This document shows positions 40,011-49,858 of a DNA stretch of 64,000 nt, one piece after another. The notes under the pieces are model-generated. The model saw nothing but the letters and a program-made list of their open reading frames with translations. It had not been told where the DNA came from and ran no database searches. Origin of the DNA: an uncultured virus (IMG/VR IMGVR_UViG_3300032213_002933) (lineage: Duplodnaviria > Heunggongvirae > Uroviricota > Caudoviricetes); the IMG/VR virus record IMGVR_UViG_3300032213_002933; one strand, written 5' to 3'. The number at the start of each line of letters is the position of its first letter. Positions within the stretch are counted from its first letter, which is position 1. The position numbers were made by a program, and so were the translations under genes.

Positions 40011-41075
40011 TCAGCTTAAGGCTACGTCGTTTGTAACTTGAACTTCATAGTTACGGCTCAATCTGACGTTCTTAGCAACTGTGATACCCTCACCGTCACC
40101 CAGCATTACGATGTCGTAACGCTCCTTCATCTTGAGTGCACGAAGATCGCGACTCGGATCGTCGAACTGATCAGTGCTCATATCGTCCTTGACGAGAAGA
40201 GTACCGACTTCGTTACGGTCGATGAGGAAGAGGTCTGACTTAGCTGCTGTTGCACCACTCTTAGCTGTGAAGCTAACGAAAGGCGAAACAAGAACATTCA
40301 AGCCCATCGGAGCCGTCGAGTTCAGTGCACCTTCCGGCGACTGAGGACGGTATCCCCAACTTGTACCTACAGAAGATGCTGCGCCACCAGCGTGGAAGAT
40401 GGAATCCTTAAGGAAGACCGACCACATTAATGGGTGCAGAATGAAATCTGTTGGGATATGATTTTCAGCCATAAGGATAGCAGCCATATCTACGATGTCA
40501 TCCCAGGTAATTGTCAAGTTGGCAGCGCCATCAATATTTCTACCTGTTGTGTCACTGTAACTACCACTATCGTTATCGAATGCAATTGTAGCTGCATCCT
40601 TGAAACGGCTAAGAGCAATCTGCTCTTTCAAACGAGCCATGGCACGACCGGCTGCGCGAACATGTAAACCGACAATGTCCCAAAGTGAATCAGCGATGAC
40701 TTCCTCCGTAAAGGATAGCTTAACGCCCTTCTTTGAAACTTTGCCTTCTACCTGCTTTGCGAAGGCGAGTGCTTGCTCTGGATACTCTTGTCCTTCTGGG
40801 ATCTCTGCTGCTTGAATAGCGTTGACTGCGGGGAACTCCAAAGAGCGTCCCTTACCGAGACGAACAGTGGAAAGCAATGGAGTCACAAGTAGTTGTGGCT
40901 CTGCTGCTTCTTTAAGCGTACGCGAAAGAACTTTGGGGAAAAGTGCTGCTGCGTCTGGTGACGCAAAAGCTTCCTTAATTGTTACTCTGTTGTCTGCATC
41001 TATGTACCCGTCCTCAGTCAATACTGCTTCCCAAGCTGGGAGACCCGAGAGGAGCTCTTGGATTGTCTTACTCAT
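40011..41075 (-). CDS. major capsid protein (HK97 fold)
   Basis: 354 aa; AAEIPEGQEYP, KKGVKLSFTEEVIADS, PTDFILHP, KMKERYD; strong SD, double stop, terminator. Confidence 0.9.
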   Translation of the reverse strand: MSKTIQELLSGLPAWEAVLTEDGYIDADNRVTIKEAFASPDAAALFPKVLSRTLKEAAEPQLLVTPLLSTVRLGKGRSLEFPAVNAIQAAEIPEGQEYPEQALAFAKQVEGKVSKKGVKLSFTEEVIADSLWDIVGLHVRAAGRAMARLKEQIALSRFKDAATIAFDNDSGSYSDTTGRNIDGAANLTITWDDIVDMAAILMAENHIPTDFILHPLMWSVFLKDSIFHAGGAASSVGTSWGYRPQSPEGALNSTAPMGLNVLVSPFVSFTAKSGATAAKSDLFLIDRNEVGTLLVKDDMSTDQFDDPSRDLRALKMKERYDIVMLGDGEGITVAKNVRLSRNYEVQVTNDVALS

Positions 41076-41125
41076 CGTAGGATTATTCCTCCTGTGTTAA
41101 TGTTTCTTTTGTATTAATATTAATA

Positions 41126-41890
41126 TTAGAGTGTCAGATTGACGCGGAAAGCACCAATGACATTGTGTACGTCCAGGTTGGCCCGGATACCTAACTTACC
41201 ACTGTAGGTGCCTGCACGAGTGAGCTCGTAAACAGTCTTTAATGCACCCGGATCAGAGGGAAGTTGCATATAGCTGAGTAAGCCATCATCAAAGTTGGTA
41301 GCGAACTGCTCAACTTCAACAACTTTACCCACTTGCAACCATGGATAAGCACCAGCAGCACCTGTTGTTGCTGCGAATGCCACCGGACGACCCATGTGAT
41401 CGGCTCGGATTAATGAACCAACTGTTACGTCGGCGTTAACCGCTGTAACCATTGGATACTCTACATAACCATGTGTGATGAAGCCAGCGCCCTGTGAGGT
41501 GCCTTTGTCAAATGGTCTGTAAAGATCATATTGTGCGCAGCCAATCGGAACTGAATAGGCGCCCACAGAAACTGTGTCAGTTGAACCAGAGGTCGAGCTA
41601 GGGGTAGCGCCATCAAGCGGATCCCAGCTGGGCATAACGTCGCCCCAACTTTGACTTCCAGAAGATCCATTAGCGGGAACGATGCGAGCATCGCCGTTTG
41701 CATCTGCGACTACTGAAAGAATTGTACCCTTGGGGATGACGATCTCGAAACGATCATCTTCGCTGTCAGAATACCATGTAGGAAGACCGGGATGGGGCAG
41801 TAAATAGGCTGCGGGGGCAATGCCCTCTGAAACTACAAACCGGCCTGCACCAGTCTTACTATGAACCTTGCGGAACTTTGCTAAACTCAT
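41126..41890 (-). CDS. capsid decoration/cement protein (beta-tulip-like)
   Basis: between scaffold and capsid; IVIPKGTIL and VTVGSLIRADHMGRPV...QVGKV motifs. Confidence 0.6.
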   Translation of the reverse strand: MSLAKFRKVHSKTGAGRFVVSEGIAPAAYLLPHPGLPTWYSDSEDDRFEIVIPKGTILSVVADANGDARIVPANGSSGSQSWGDVMPSWDPLDGATPSSTSGSTDTVSVGAYSVPIGCAQYDLYRPFDKGTSQGAGFITHGYVEYPMVTAVNADVTVGSLIRADHMGRPVAFAATTGAAGAYPWLQVGKVVEVEQFATNFDDGLLSYMQLPSDPGALKTVYELTRAGTYSGKLGIRANLDVHNVIGAFRVNLTL

Positions 41891-41908
41891 TTTTTATCTC
41901 CTTAAATG

Positions 41909-43543
41909 TTAAAGTTTACGTCTACCCATAAGGGCATCTACTAGTACTTGTTCAAAAGATTCGTTAGGATCCGTAGAAGTCTTTGCATTTTCCTCTTTAT
42001 CAAGAGTCAATACATTCTCTTCAGAACTAACTTCAGCTTCAGATGTAACTTGCGGCATTGTCATATAATCAGAAATGCGCTTATTAGCCTTTGTTGGAGC
42101 CTTGGCCAGATCCCTCAAAGAGTCTGCTAACGAGGCAGCTGTGCGCGAAACATGCTCTCCTATTAGATTTTCTCTTTCGTCTGCGGATTCGAAACCAAGA
42201 CTAATCTTAGTGTCGACAACTCTTTCTACTAGAGTTCTATGCAATGCACTCTTGAGCTTTGCATTTTCTTCTTCAAGAGACTTGATACTTGCCTTTAAGA
42301 GGTTAATATCTTGCTCAACGCCCTCTTTGTTGTCGCTGAGATTACTTTCCTCTTCAGCAGTCTCTTGATCCTCATCGTCCTTGGACAATGACTCTTCCGG
42401 CTTTTCAGCATTTTCGGAATCAGCATCTTGCACATCCGCCTTTTCTGAATCGTCAGGTGAGTTCTTTTCTTCTTCTGAATCTGCATCTGCATCTCCTTCG
42501 GAAACTTCTTTTTGCTCTTCTTCTACAGAAAGGCTTTCTTCAGTCTTTTCTTCTTCTGAAGTCACTTCGACTTCTCCCGAAGCTTCGCCTATGGCGGAAG
42601 CTGCTATGCTAGAAAGATCTTCGCTTAAGCCTTCAGCTACAGCTAAAATATCTTCGCTCTTATTAACATCTGTCATGTTACGAGTCTCCTCAGAATTATT
42701 GTTTTCAGAATCTTCACTAGATAGTAATGATTCTGTTTTATTTATATAACTTTCGCTTTCCTGGAAAGCTAAAGCTGTTAAAAAAGCGCCTTTTAAATGT
42801 AAATAAATTGGCTTAGATTCTTTTTTCTTCATATTTGAAAGAATAGATCTATTTTCTTCAATGGAAATGATATCCTCATTATCCATATTAAGAACAAATG
42901 CTGCGCTTCTAGCTATCCAACCCTCTGAGTCAGATAGTTCGGCTTTACCGTCAGTACTCTTAAGTGATCTAACTCCAGACTTTTGATCTGCTGGTTGATT
43001 TACGAAAGAGTATTCCTTAAAACCGATATCTTGCATGTCAACGAATGCCAGCTTGCCCTTGTAGACTTGGCCTCTTTTATACTTTGGAGCCTTAGGTCTT
43101 CCGGATGCGTCTTCTACAGCAAGGTCGTCTCCTGTGATACTACAGATTGCTTTACCTGCTCTGCCACCGACTGAGCCAGTTAGATATCTCTTGTCTAATA
43201 CTTTTTGTGCAGCGACTGGATCTGTTATTGCAATTTGGAGTCTAACGAATGAGGAGCCATCAGCTTCCTTGTCCATTTTAGCCGCCATGACTCTACCTAT
43301 CGGTTCAGTATTTAAATCATGATTCAGAATAATGGGCTTCGGATAAGGATCAACCCAAGACTGAAGAGCTTGTTCTAGGGCTTCTGCTGAATAATTATTG
43401 TAATTAGCTGTAAGACCTTCGTGAATAGCTGCGACCTCTATGATGAGCCCATGCCTTGAATTAAATGATTCTGAAAAATCTAGATCTGACTTAGAAAGGT
43501 CAGGAAGTTCTAGAGTAAAATTTTCAACAAAGTCAAACGACAT
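41909..43543 (-). CDS. prohead protease fused to acidic scaffold domain
   Basis: PIILNHD...PIGRV, YLTGSVG, EYSFVNQPAD protease motifs; E/D/S-rich linker and coiled-coil C-terminus. Confidence 0.85.
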   Translation of the reverse strand: MSFDFVENFTLELPDLSKSDLDFSESFNSRHGLIIEVAAIHEGLTANYNNYSAEALEQALQSWVDPYPKPIILNHDLNTEPIGRVMAAKMDKEADGSSFVRLQIAITDPVAAQKVLDKRYLTGSVGGRAGKAICSITGDDLAVEDASGRPKAPKYKRGQVYKGKLAFVDMQDIGFKEYSFVNQPADQKSGVRSLKSTDGKAELSDSEGWIARSAAFVLNMDNEDIISIEENRSILSNMKKKESKPIYLHLKGAFLTALAFQESESYINKTESLLSSEDSENNNSEETRNMTDVNKSEDILAVAEGLSEDLSSIAASAIGEASGEVEVTSEEEKTEESLSVEEEQKEVSEGDADADSEEEKNSPDDSEKADVQDADSENAEKPEESLSKDDEDQETAEEESNLSDNKEGVEQDINLLKASIKSLEEENAKLKSALHRTLVERVVDTKISLGFESADERENLIGEHVSRTAASLADSLRDLAKAPTKANKRISDYMTMPQVTSEAEVSSEENVLTLDKEENAKTSTDPNESFEQVLVDALMGRRKL

Positions 43544-43577
43544 TTGAATCCCCTGTTAGATAGTTATTTCTGTTTTA

Positions 43578-43585
43578 TATAGTAA
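43578..43585 (-). promoter_or_regulatory. putative late promoter motif TTACTATA
   Basis: AT-rich gap, 35 nt upstream of the protease ATG. Confidence 0.5.
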
Positions 43586-43624
43586 GTTTATTTTTATAAC
43601 ATTGAACAATTTTATATAAATATA

Positions 43625-44404
43625 TCACACTTTAGCATAGCTGGTCATTAACAGCTCTTGCCTATTGTCTCCATTAGACAAAAATGATTCATACATTACT
43701 TCGGACATTATATGCGGTGCATAAATATACGAGGCGCTGTATAGCTTGAATCCAGCTTTTTTACACTCCAAAGACCAGCCGACATCTTCGCCCTGCTCAT
43801 GCAATGTATAGTTGACATTATTATAAACATCTTTAGACATCATCTTGGCAGCCATGATTACATCTGATTGAAAGTATGTTCCTAATTGATAGCTTTCTTT
43901 TCTGAATGCCTTAGTTGGAACATCTAATCTCCAATCCATTACACTTGGATACATTGTGCCAAAAGGAGTCATAAACATTAATGGATTAACTGCGTCAGCT
44001 CCAGATTTAATGTGCGCTATTAATAGTTCTATGGTATTTGTATTCGTTAGCAGGATGTCAGAATCAAGACTAAAGTAATATTCTGGTTGTATTTTTCTAA
44101 CGGATTCCAACAATGAATTTCGTAGAGATACCATATTTACATATTTTGACATACTCCATTGCCTACCATTATTCTCGTGCTCAAAATGAGGAATATCTTC
44201 TCTAATCTTAATCTCAAAATAAGGTATTCTTTTATCGAATTTTCTCCAAGATTCAAGTGCCTGAATGGTCGTTGTATCATCTGGAGATACTTCAAATATG
44301 AAACCTATATCATTAATCGGGACTGATTGTGATATTATACATTTAATCCAATGGTGAAGAATCCAACTTCTTTTATACATTGGGCATCCGAGAATAAGTT
44401 TCAT
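43625..44404 (-). CDS. GT-A fold glycosyltransferase
   Basis: ILGCPMYKR N-terminal strand, LRNSLL, YYFSLDSDILL (DxD), GEDVGW, late His. Confidence 0.8.
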   Translation of the reverse strand: MKLILGCPMYKRSWILHHWIKCIISQSVPINDIGFIFEVSPDDTTTIQALESWRKFDKRIPYFEIKIREDIPHFEHENNGRQWSMSKYVNMVSLRNSLLESVRKIQPEYYFSLDSDILLTNTNTIELLIAHIKSGADAVNPLMFMTPFGTMYPSVMDWRLDVPTKAFRKESYQLGTYFQSDVIMAAKMMSKDVYNNVNYTLHEQGEDVGWSLECKKAGFKLYSASYIYAPHIMSEVMYESFLSNGDNRQELLMTSYAKV

Positions 44405-44411
44405 TTAAAAA

Positions 44412-44741
44412 TTACTTCTTCTTTTCCTCAGCGACTAAGGGAGTTGCAACCGTATCATCTTGTGCAACAGTTGCTGTTTTGCTTTTTTGAATAGAATCTT
44501 TTTGATCTATAACAATCTCTTCCTGAGTGGGAGGAATGTCTTCTTCTGCGGAATCTTCTTCAATAAAACTTTCCAAGAAAGAAACTCTATCAACTAGTTG
44601 TTCTATAACTTCTACTAAAACCTGAAGTGCTAAACGAGTTTGTCCGTTGTCTACGGCCTTAGTGAAACCTATTAAACCATCATCAGTATTTAGATAGGTA
44701 GAAATTGTATCATTCTTTATTGTTATCTTCTCTGACATCAT
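44412..44741 (-). CDS. small acidic hypothetical protein
   Basis: 109 aa, coiled-coil then disordered tail, overlaps the portal end. Confidence 0.55.
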   Translation of the reverse strand: MMSEKITIKNDTISTYLNTDDGLIGFTKAVDNGQTRLALQVLVEVIEQLVDRVSFLESFIEEDSAEEDIPPTQEEIVIDQKDSIQKSKTATVAQDDTVATPLVAEEKKK

Positions 44742-46374
44742 CTATGCCTTTCTCGTCATTAGTGTAAACTATAGTATACTCTGATTCTAGAGCATTTTCA
44801 ACTAATGTGAGCCATGAATTGTCAGATCTTCTAATATTTGGTGAAGTATTTCTGCCCTGCTGATTTGCTGGCCGAATAGTATTGCCAGATCCTCTTCTAT
44901 TATTGGGAAGATTTCTTTGACTTTTTTGAGCTGACGCCTGCTTATCTCCATCGCGCTGAACGTCAACAGGTTTTGTATCTGCAGTAATCTCTGCTTGATT
45001 CTTTGCCATTTCCATTTGGATTTTAGCTTGAATGGCTGCGTAAAGATCTTCTTCATCATACTCTGGATCAATACCAAGTTCTAATCTAGCTTCTTTCAAG
45101 CCAATTATATTATTGGCGAACTTCTGAATAACATGAGTTTCTTTTTTGACTTGAGTATCTACGTCTATTTCATTAAACTTAAAATAGCAGCGATCTGATA
45201 TACCAGACTCTATAGGATTTGATATGGGATCAAATCCGCCTTCCATCAAAATTTCATTAAAGATATGAACTCTCACCATGTCAGAGAAAAGCTTTTGATA
45301 CTGCTTTACTTTATCGTATAAGGCAGTGTCTAGACGATCTGTCACTGACCTATTTCCGCCATTCATCATCATTCCCAAATGGTGCGGAGCTACGCCTAGT
45401 CCAACTGCTACTCTTTCCTTGAAATGTTGCAGATATGCTGTTGCATCGAGAGCTGCATTGTTTGCCCCAATGACATCTATTGAATGGCGATAAGGAAGTA
45501 TTAAACCACCTTCTGCTCTAAGATTTTCAATTTCTATAGCGGCTTTATCTATTTCGTCAGGTTCTGCTGGCTGATCTGCAGTTCCTATTGTATATCTGTA
45601 GAGGGGAAACAGTTCTCTGTGAACTAGGTTTTGGATATCCTCTTCCATCTGTCTAAGGGCAACTACGTCATCAAGTACAGTGCCCAAAAAGGGTGTTCCA
45701 AAAGCTCTGCCTGTTTTCTTATCAATATGCATGTGGATGACACGATCAGCTGACCAAACCGGATCGCGTTCCGTTGGGGCATATGTCAACGGGTCTGAAG
45801 CCTGCTGATATGATCTAGGTCTATTGAATTTATCTCTTAATATTCTTACTTGCTCAGTAGGAATTAGATAATACCCTACAACTGGCATTTCTGCATTTAC
45901 GCCTGATATCTCTGTAGGAAAGTATTCTGAAATATCTCCTCTAGCTTTGACTATAAAGACATTTCCATATTTAAAAATATGATCAGTAACCTCTATTAGA
46001 AAGTCCAGAAATGGGCGCTTCATTGCCATTTCCATGAAATCTATTCTCTGATAAAGATAAGAAACTGCTTCTGGATTTTCGCCAACAATCTTCCAGCTTT
46101 CTTTCCAGAAGAGCTCCTTATGCTTATTCAGGGCCTGCTTGACATAGGAATCAGTATCTGCTGCTTGCATGATACGATCAAAGTCATATGGAGAAGGTTC
46201 AAATGTAGCTCTATTATTATAATAAAATGTATTACCTTGAAAGCCTAGTGCCAAGGCAGCGACTTTCATAGATCTACCTACTGATTTGATCTCATCAGGC
46301 TGTAGTGCTTTAGCGATAATATTATTTTGTGACTTATCTCTTTGCCTAAAGGGCAAAAAATCAAAAGCTGCCAT
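44710..46374 (-). CDS. portal protein (likely ATG at 46374; track start 46386)
   Basis: KYGNVFIVK, DRVIHMH...AFGTPFL, RVAVGLGV, EARLELG; located before the protease. Confidence 0.85.
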   Translation of the reverse strand: MAAFDFLPFRQRDKSQNNIIAKALQPDEIKSVGRSMKVAALALGFQGNTFYYNNRATFEPSPYDFDRIMQAADTDSYVKQALNKHKELFWKESWKIVGENPEAVSYLYQRIDFMEMAMKRPFLDFLIEVTDHIFKYGNVFIVKARGDISEYFPTEISGVNAEMPVVGYYLIPTEQVRILRDKFNRPRSYQQASDPLTYAPTERDPVWSADRVIHMHIDKKTGRAFGTPFLGTVLDDVVALRQMEEDIQNLVHRELFPLYRYTIGTADQPAEPDEIDKAAIEIENLRAEGGLILPYRHSIDVIGANNAALDATAYLQHFKERVAVGLGVAPHHLGMMMNGGNRSVTDRLDTALYDKVKQYQKLFSDMVRVHIFNEILMEGGFDPISNPIESGISDRCYFKFNEIDVDTQVKKETHVIQKFANNIIGLKEARLELGIDPEYDEEDLYAAIQAKIQMEMAKNQAEITADTKPVDVQRDGDKQASAQKSQRNLPNNRRGSGNTIRPANQQGRNTSPNIRRSDNSWLTLVENALESEYTIVYTNDEKGIDDVREDNNKE

Positions 46375-46433
46375 TTTCTTCTCCACTTTAAAAACTACTA
46401 GTAATAGTAGCTATAATGACTTTTTTATATCAG

Positions 46434-46664
46434 TTACTCAGATGGGGTCTGATTAACCTTGTCAAAGGCGTTTTTCAAGATTAAGGTCTTAACTGATTCC
46501 ATCCAGAAGATTGTTTCAGCTTCGTTAAAGTCACTCTTGTACTGAAGGTTTGCGTTTGAAATCTTAATTTCAATAACAAATTCCTTAGCTTCTGCTGACT
46601 CAGTTACTTCAATTATTTCGCTTGTTTCAATTATTTCATTTGACATTTCATTTACCTCACTCAA
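46434..46664 (-). CDS. small acidic hypothetical protein
   Basis: 76 aa with SD; coupled to the upstream gene. Confidence 0.55.
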   Translation of the reverse strand: MSEVNEMSNEIIETSEIIEVTESAEAKEFVIEIKISNANLQYKSDFNEAETIFWMESVKTLILKNAFDKVNQTPSE

Positions 46665-46839
46665 AGTCTTCTGTTTTTGTTTTTGTTGTTTTTACTGTTT
46701 TTTGCTGCGCAGTTAATTGCTCAATTTGAGCTGTCAACTGTTTGATCGTCGCCTCTTTGATGACAATTTCTGTCATCATTTGGGCCATTCTTTCATTAAA
46801 GGTTTGAACTAATATATTTACATCAAGATCATTATTCAT
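46657..46839 (-). CDS. small coiled-coil hypothetical protein
   Basis: 60 aa, strong SD (aaggag), heptad pattern. Confidence 0.6.
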   Translation of the reverse strand: MNNDLDVNILVQTFNERMAQMMTEIVIKEATIKQLTAQIEQLTAQQKTVKTTKTKTEDFE

Positions 46840-46862
46840 AACTACTCCTTAAATAGGATTCC

Positions 46863-46871
46863 ATTATATCA
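46863..46871 (-). promoter_or_regulatory. extended -10 promoter element TGATATAAT
   Basis: identical to the element at 28126-28134; 24 nt upstream of the ATG at 46839; overlaps the TGA stop of the fibre gene. Confidence 0.45.
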
Positions 46872-49325
46872 CTTATTTTCTAGAATTTCTAATCTTTCTA
46901 TTATTTCCTTAACAGCTGAAGATAATAATGTTGTTATCATGGCGTAATCTAATCCCTGATATATTGGTTTGCCATCTTCTGATATTTCATCTTTTATGCC
47001 TAATACAGCGCAAGGGATAATTTCTTGAACTTCATGTGCTATAAATCCAATAGCTTCTCTATCTGGTTTATGTGTAAAGTTATATTTCAAAGGATTTAAC
47101 TTTTTTACCAAGTTACATGAATTAGTAATCGGTTCGAAATTTTGCTTAATTCTGTAATCAGACATTCCTGGATATGATGCTGCGCGAAGAATGATTCCAA
47201 CGCTACTATTTAAACCTTCGGTGCAGTATAGGTCACTACTTGTGCCCATTCTAATCTGAGCAGAGTGAGTTCCATTCAATGTCTTAAAGCCTAAGGAGAC
47301 CTCAGATGCCGATGTGTTCATAATTATATTGGCACTGTTGACATTTGCTGCACTTGCAGATGTATCTAAACTGAGATCTGATGCAATAATCTTAACATTT
47401 GCTGTGTCGTTATAGTTTCTAAAGTAAAAATAATTAGCACCGCCGCCAGAACGTATTTGACCTGTATCACTATCACTTGTGCCTCTAAATGCTATCGAGC
47501 AATTTCCACTTGTATCAGCTCTAGCAATTATATTTGCAGTTCTCCAGTCTGTTGTTACATTTCTTCTAACATCGATTGTTCCACCAAGAACTTGAAAATA
47601 TGCTCCAGATTCCAATCTTATTCCAGTTGTTCCAATGTCGCCAGGATAATAGCCGATGCTCATAGTCGCACCTTGTGCAGTTATTTTAATACCGCCAGTA
47701 CTTGTCATAAGTCCATAATTTGTTGTTGCTGCTGGATTGAATGCTATAGTTGACGTGTCTCCAGATCCTGCTGCGTACAGGTTAAATGTAGTGCCACTTA
47801 AAACAATCCTTTGCCCGCTTGCTGCAGTTTGTACAGTTCCGCCAGTTACTGTAGCACCAGATATAGTTCCACCAGTAATTGTTCCACTAGCAGTTATTGA
47901 TCCACTAAATGTTCCAGAACTTGCATTTATTTCACCAGTTACACTTAAGTTATTGCCATCCCATGTTAGTTTATTTCCAACGGAATTTCCTATAGAAAAC
48001 TTGTGCGTAGTGCCGGAGTATCCAAGGAAAAATCCTGTACCAGTATTGTAAGCTGTTTGTCCACCTTTTATATTCCCGCCAGTAGTTAATGTTATTCCTC
48101 CACCAGTTATTGTTGTTCCGGCAATTAATCCTGTTTGCGTTTGGTTTTGCGGATTTAAATTAGAAACATTGCCTAGGCTTTGATTCCATGTACTTGAGCT
48201 ATAAATATAAGCTTTGTTGTCTCCGCTGGTTGAATTGTACCAGATCGAGAATTCAGGTATTTGACCTGCTACAACTTCTGCTCCAGGAGAATTACCTAAA
48301 ATAAAAGTTCCAGTTGCAGAACTAGTGACAGTAAAGGTATATGTTGTTACTGCGGTAACATATTGATTCTTTAAATTATATTGACTTGGAATAACGTTAT
48401 TTAATGATACTATTTTACCAACAGATAGGCCATGGGCAGTCGTTCCTGTTGTATAGGTGACTGATGTTCCATTGCCAGATATTGCCGAAATTAACTTAGC
48501 CGTAAATGGACTAGGTATTGATGGTTGAGTCGCTCCATAAAAAATTGATCCGGGCGCAGAACCATCAATAAATTGCAAAGTTCCACGTATAGTTGCATTA
48601 TTAAATTCTGCTCTTCCATCACCAGATATAATCCATCCAGCACTACCTGCAGACCAAGTATCAGTTGCATTATTATATGAACCGTTATAATCAGATGATC
48701 TAAGAATGGCTTTATTATCAGGGCTAGTTATTGTTGTGGCAGTTCCGGGTTGAGTTAATATTATCTCATGTGCGCCAATTGTTCCAGCAGTTATTTTTCC
48801 TGCTGTCAAAGAACCAATAAACTCTTCATCGATCAATGGAGTGTCACCTGAGGCGACTATTGATGTCCAGCCACTGATGTTGCCTGATGTATCAATTGTT
48901 CTTACTCTTCCATAATACTTTACTGGATTAGTAGTAGATGAAGTGCTAGTCGTTGTGCTGTTATCATCTACTGAAACAACAAAAACATTTGTTTGAACAA
49001 AACCAGTTCTATGCGGGATTTCCCCAGAGATAATCTGATTTAGGCCACTGACAATTTGTATTTGGGCTTGCTTGTATAATTCATATTCATATTTTCCTGC
49101 ATCTTCGTCAACACTGTCTGTATATTTAAATAATACATTAAGAAAAGATGCTGCGAGAACAAGGTTTGATGGCGCATTAGGTATTGTTGAATCTGTTGGA
49201 GTTCTAAATCTTACTGAATCTGTGTAGCCTGATAAAACATTAATGTCATTATTTTTTGCGCGAACAGTAACAATATACTCTTTATTTGGTTTTAAGTTTT
49301 CTATATTTTTAGATACAATACTCAT
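46869..49325 (-). CDS. tail fibre/spike with FN3-like N-terminus and C-terminal intramolecular chaperone (peptidase S74)
   Basis: NLKPNKEYIVTVRA and PNAPSNL (FN3); G/T-rich shaft; SDYRIKQN...LNPLKY...GFIAHEVQEIIP...LDY (S74). Confidence 0.85.
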   Translation of the reverse strand: MSIVSKNIENLKPNKEYIVTVRAKNNDINVLSGYTDSVRFRTPTDSTIPNAPSNLVLAASFLNVLFKYTDSVDEDAGKYEYELYKQAQIQIVSGLNQIISGEIPHRTGFVQTNVFVVSVDDNSTTTSTSSTTNPVKYYGRVRTIDTSGNISGWTSIVASGDTPLIDEEFIGSLTAGKITAGTIGAHEIILTQPGTATTITSPDNKAILRSSDYNGSYNNATDTWSAGSAGWIISGDGRAEFNNATIRGTLQFIDGSAPGSIFYGATQPSIPSPFTAKLISAISGNGTSVTYTTGTTAHGLSVGKIVSLNNVIPSQYNLKNQYVTAVTTYTFTVTSSATGTFILGNSPGAEVVAGQIPEFSIWYNSTSGDNKAYIYSSSTWNQSLGNVSNLNPQNQTQTGLIAGTTITGGGITLTTGGNIKGGQTAYNTGTGFFLGYSGTTHKFSIGNSVGNKLTWDGNNLSVTGEINASSGTFSGSITASGTITGGTISGATVTGGTVQTAASGQRIVLSGTTFNLYAAGSGDTSTIAFNPAATTNYGLMTSTGGIKITAQGATMSIGYYPGDIGTTGIRLESGAYFQVLGGTIDVRRNVTTDWRTANIIARADTSGNCSIAFRGTSDSDTGQIRSGGGANYFYFRNYNDTANVKIIASDLSLDTSASAANVNSANIIMNTSASEVSLGFKTLNGTHSAQIRMGTSSDLYCTEGLNSSVGIILRAASYPGMSDYRIKQNFEPITNSCNLVKKLNPLKYNFTHKPDREAIGFIAHEVQEIIPCAVLGIKDEISEDGKPIYQGLDYAMITTLLSSAVKEIIERLEILENK

Positions 49326-49858
49326 TATCTTATGCCACCTATCAACGTAAATGTATTATTAGATTGATTAACTATTTCATTTCCAATTGTTAAATATAGA
49401 TTATAGCTAAATGAATAAGAAGTTATTTTAATATTATTTCCATTTGAAAGAACATTTTTATCATATAATGTTTCTATCTCAACAAAATAATCTCTTTCTT
49501 CAAAATCTGTCTTTGCAAAAAGCTGTTGATTATCAGAGTAGGTTCTAGCAAATGAATCAATTGTTTGCCAATCTAAAGCTAAAGAATTATTCGTATTTAC
49601 ATTATCGGAAAGTGCTGTAAATTTAATTCTAAATTTTCCGTAGTTTGGTCCTTTTGTCCCAAATAAAGTAAACTTAGGACCAGTAAAATTCATATACAAT
49701 TTAGATGCTGGCTTTGAAGAAAGTCCATTATTCCAATCTGTCATTGGATTAATAAATGAAAAATTATATGATGAATCTGAATTTAAGTCAACTAGATACT
49801 GATCTGTATTTACATTGGAATAGAATCCATAATAAGGATTAGAATATGTCACTGTCAT
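49325..49858 (-). CDS. beta-sandwich fibre-associated protein
   Basis: FTGPKFTLFGTKGPNYGKFRI...IDSF resembles jelly-roll/carbohydrate-binding modules. Confidence 0.45.
   Translation of the reverse strand: MTVTYSNPYYGFYSNVNTDQYLVDLNSDSSYNFSFINPMTDWNNGLSSKPASKLYMNFTGPKFTLFGTKGPNYGKFRIKFTALSDNVNTNNSLALDWQTIDSFARTYSDNQQLFAKTDFEERDYFVEIETLYDKNVLSNGNNIKITSYSFSYNLYLTIGNEIVNQSNNTFTLIGGIR

Noticed and set aside
41100..41130. AT-only palindrome TAATATTAATATTA before the capsid gene
   Set aside because: Low complexity, single occurrence, expected by chance in AT-rich spacers
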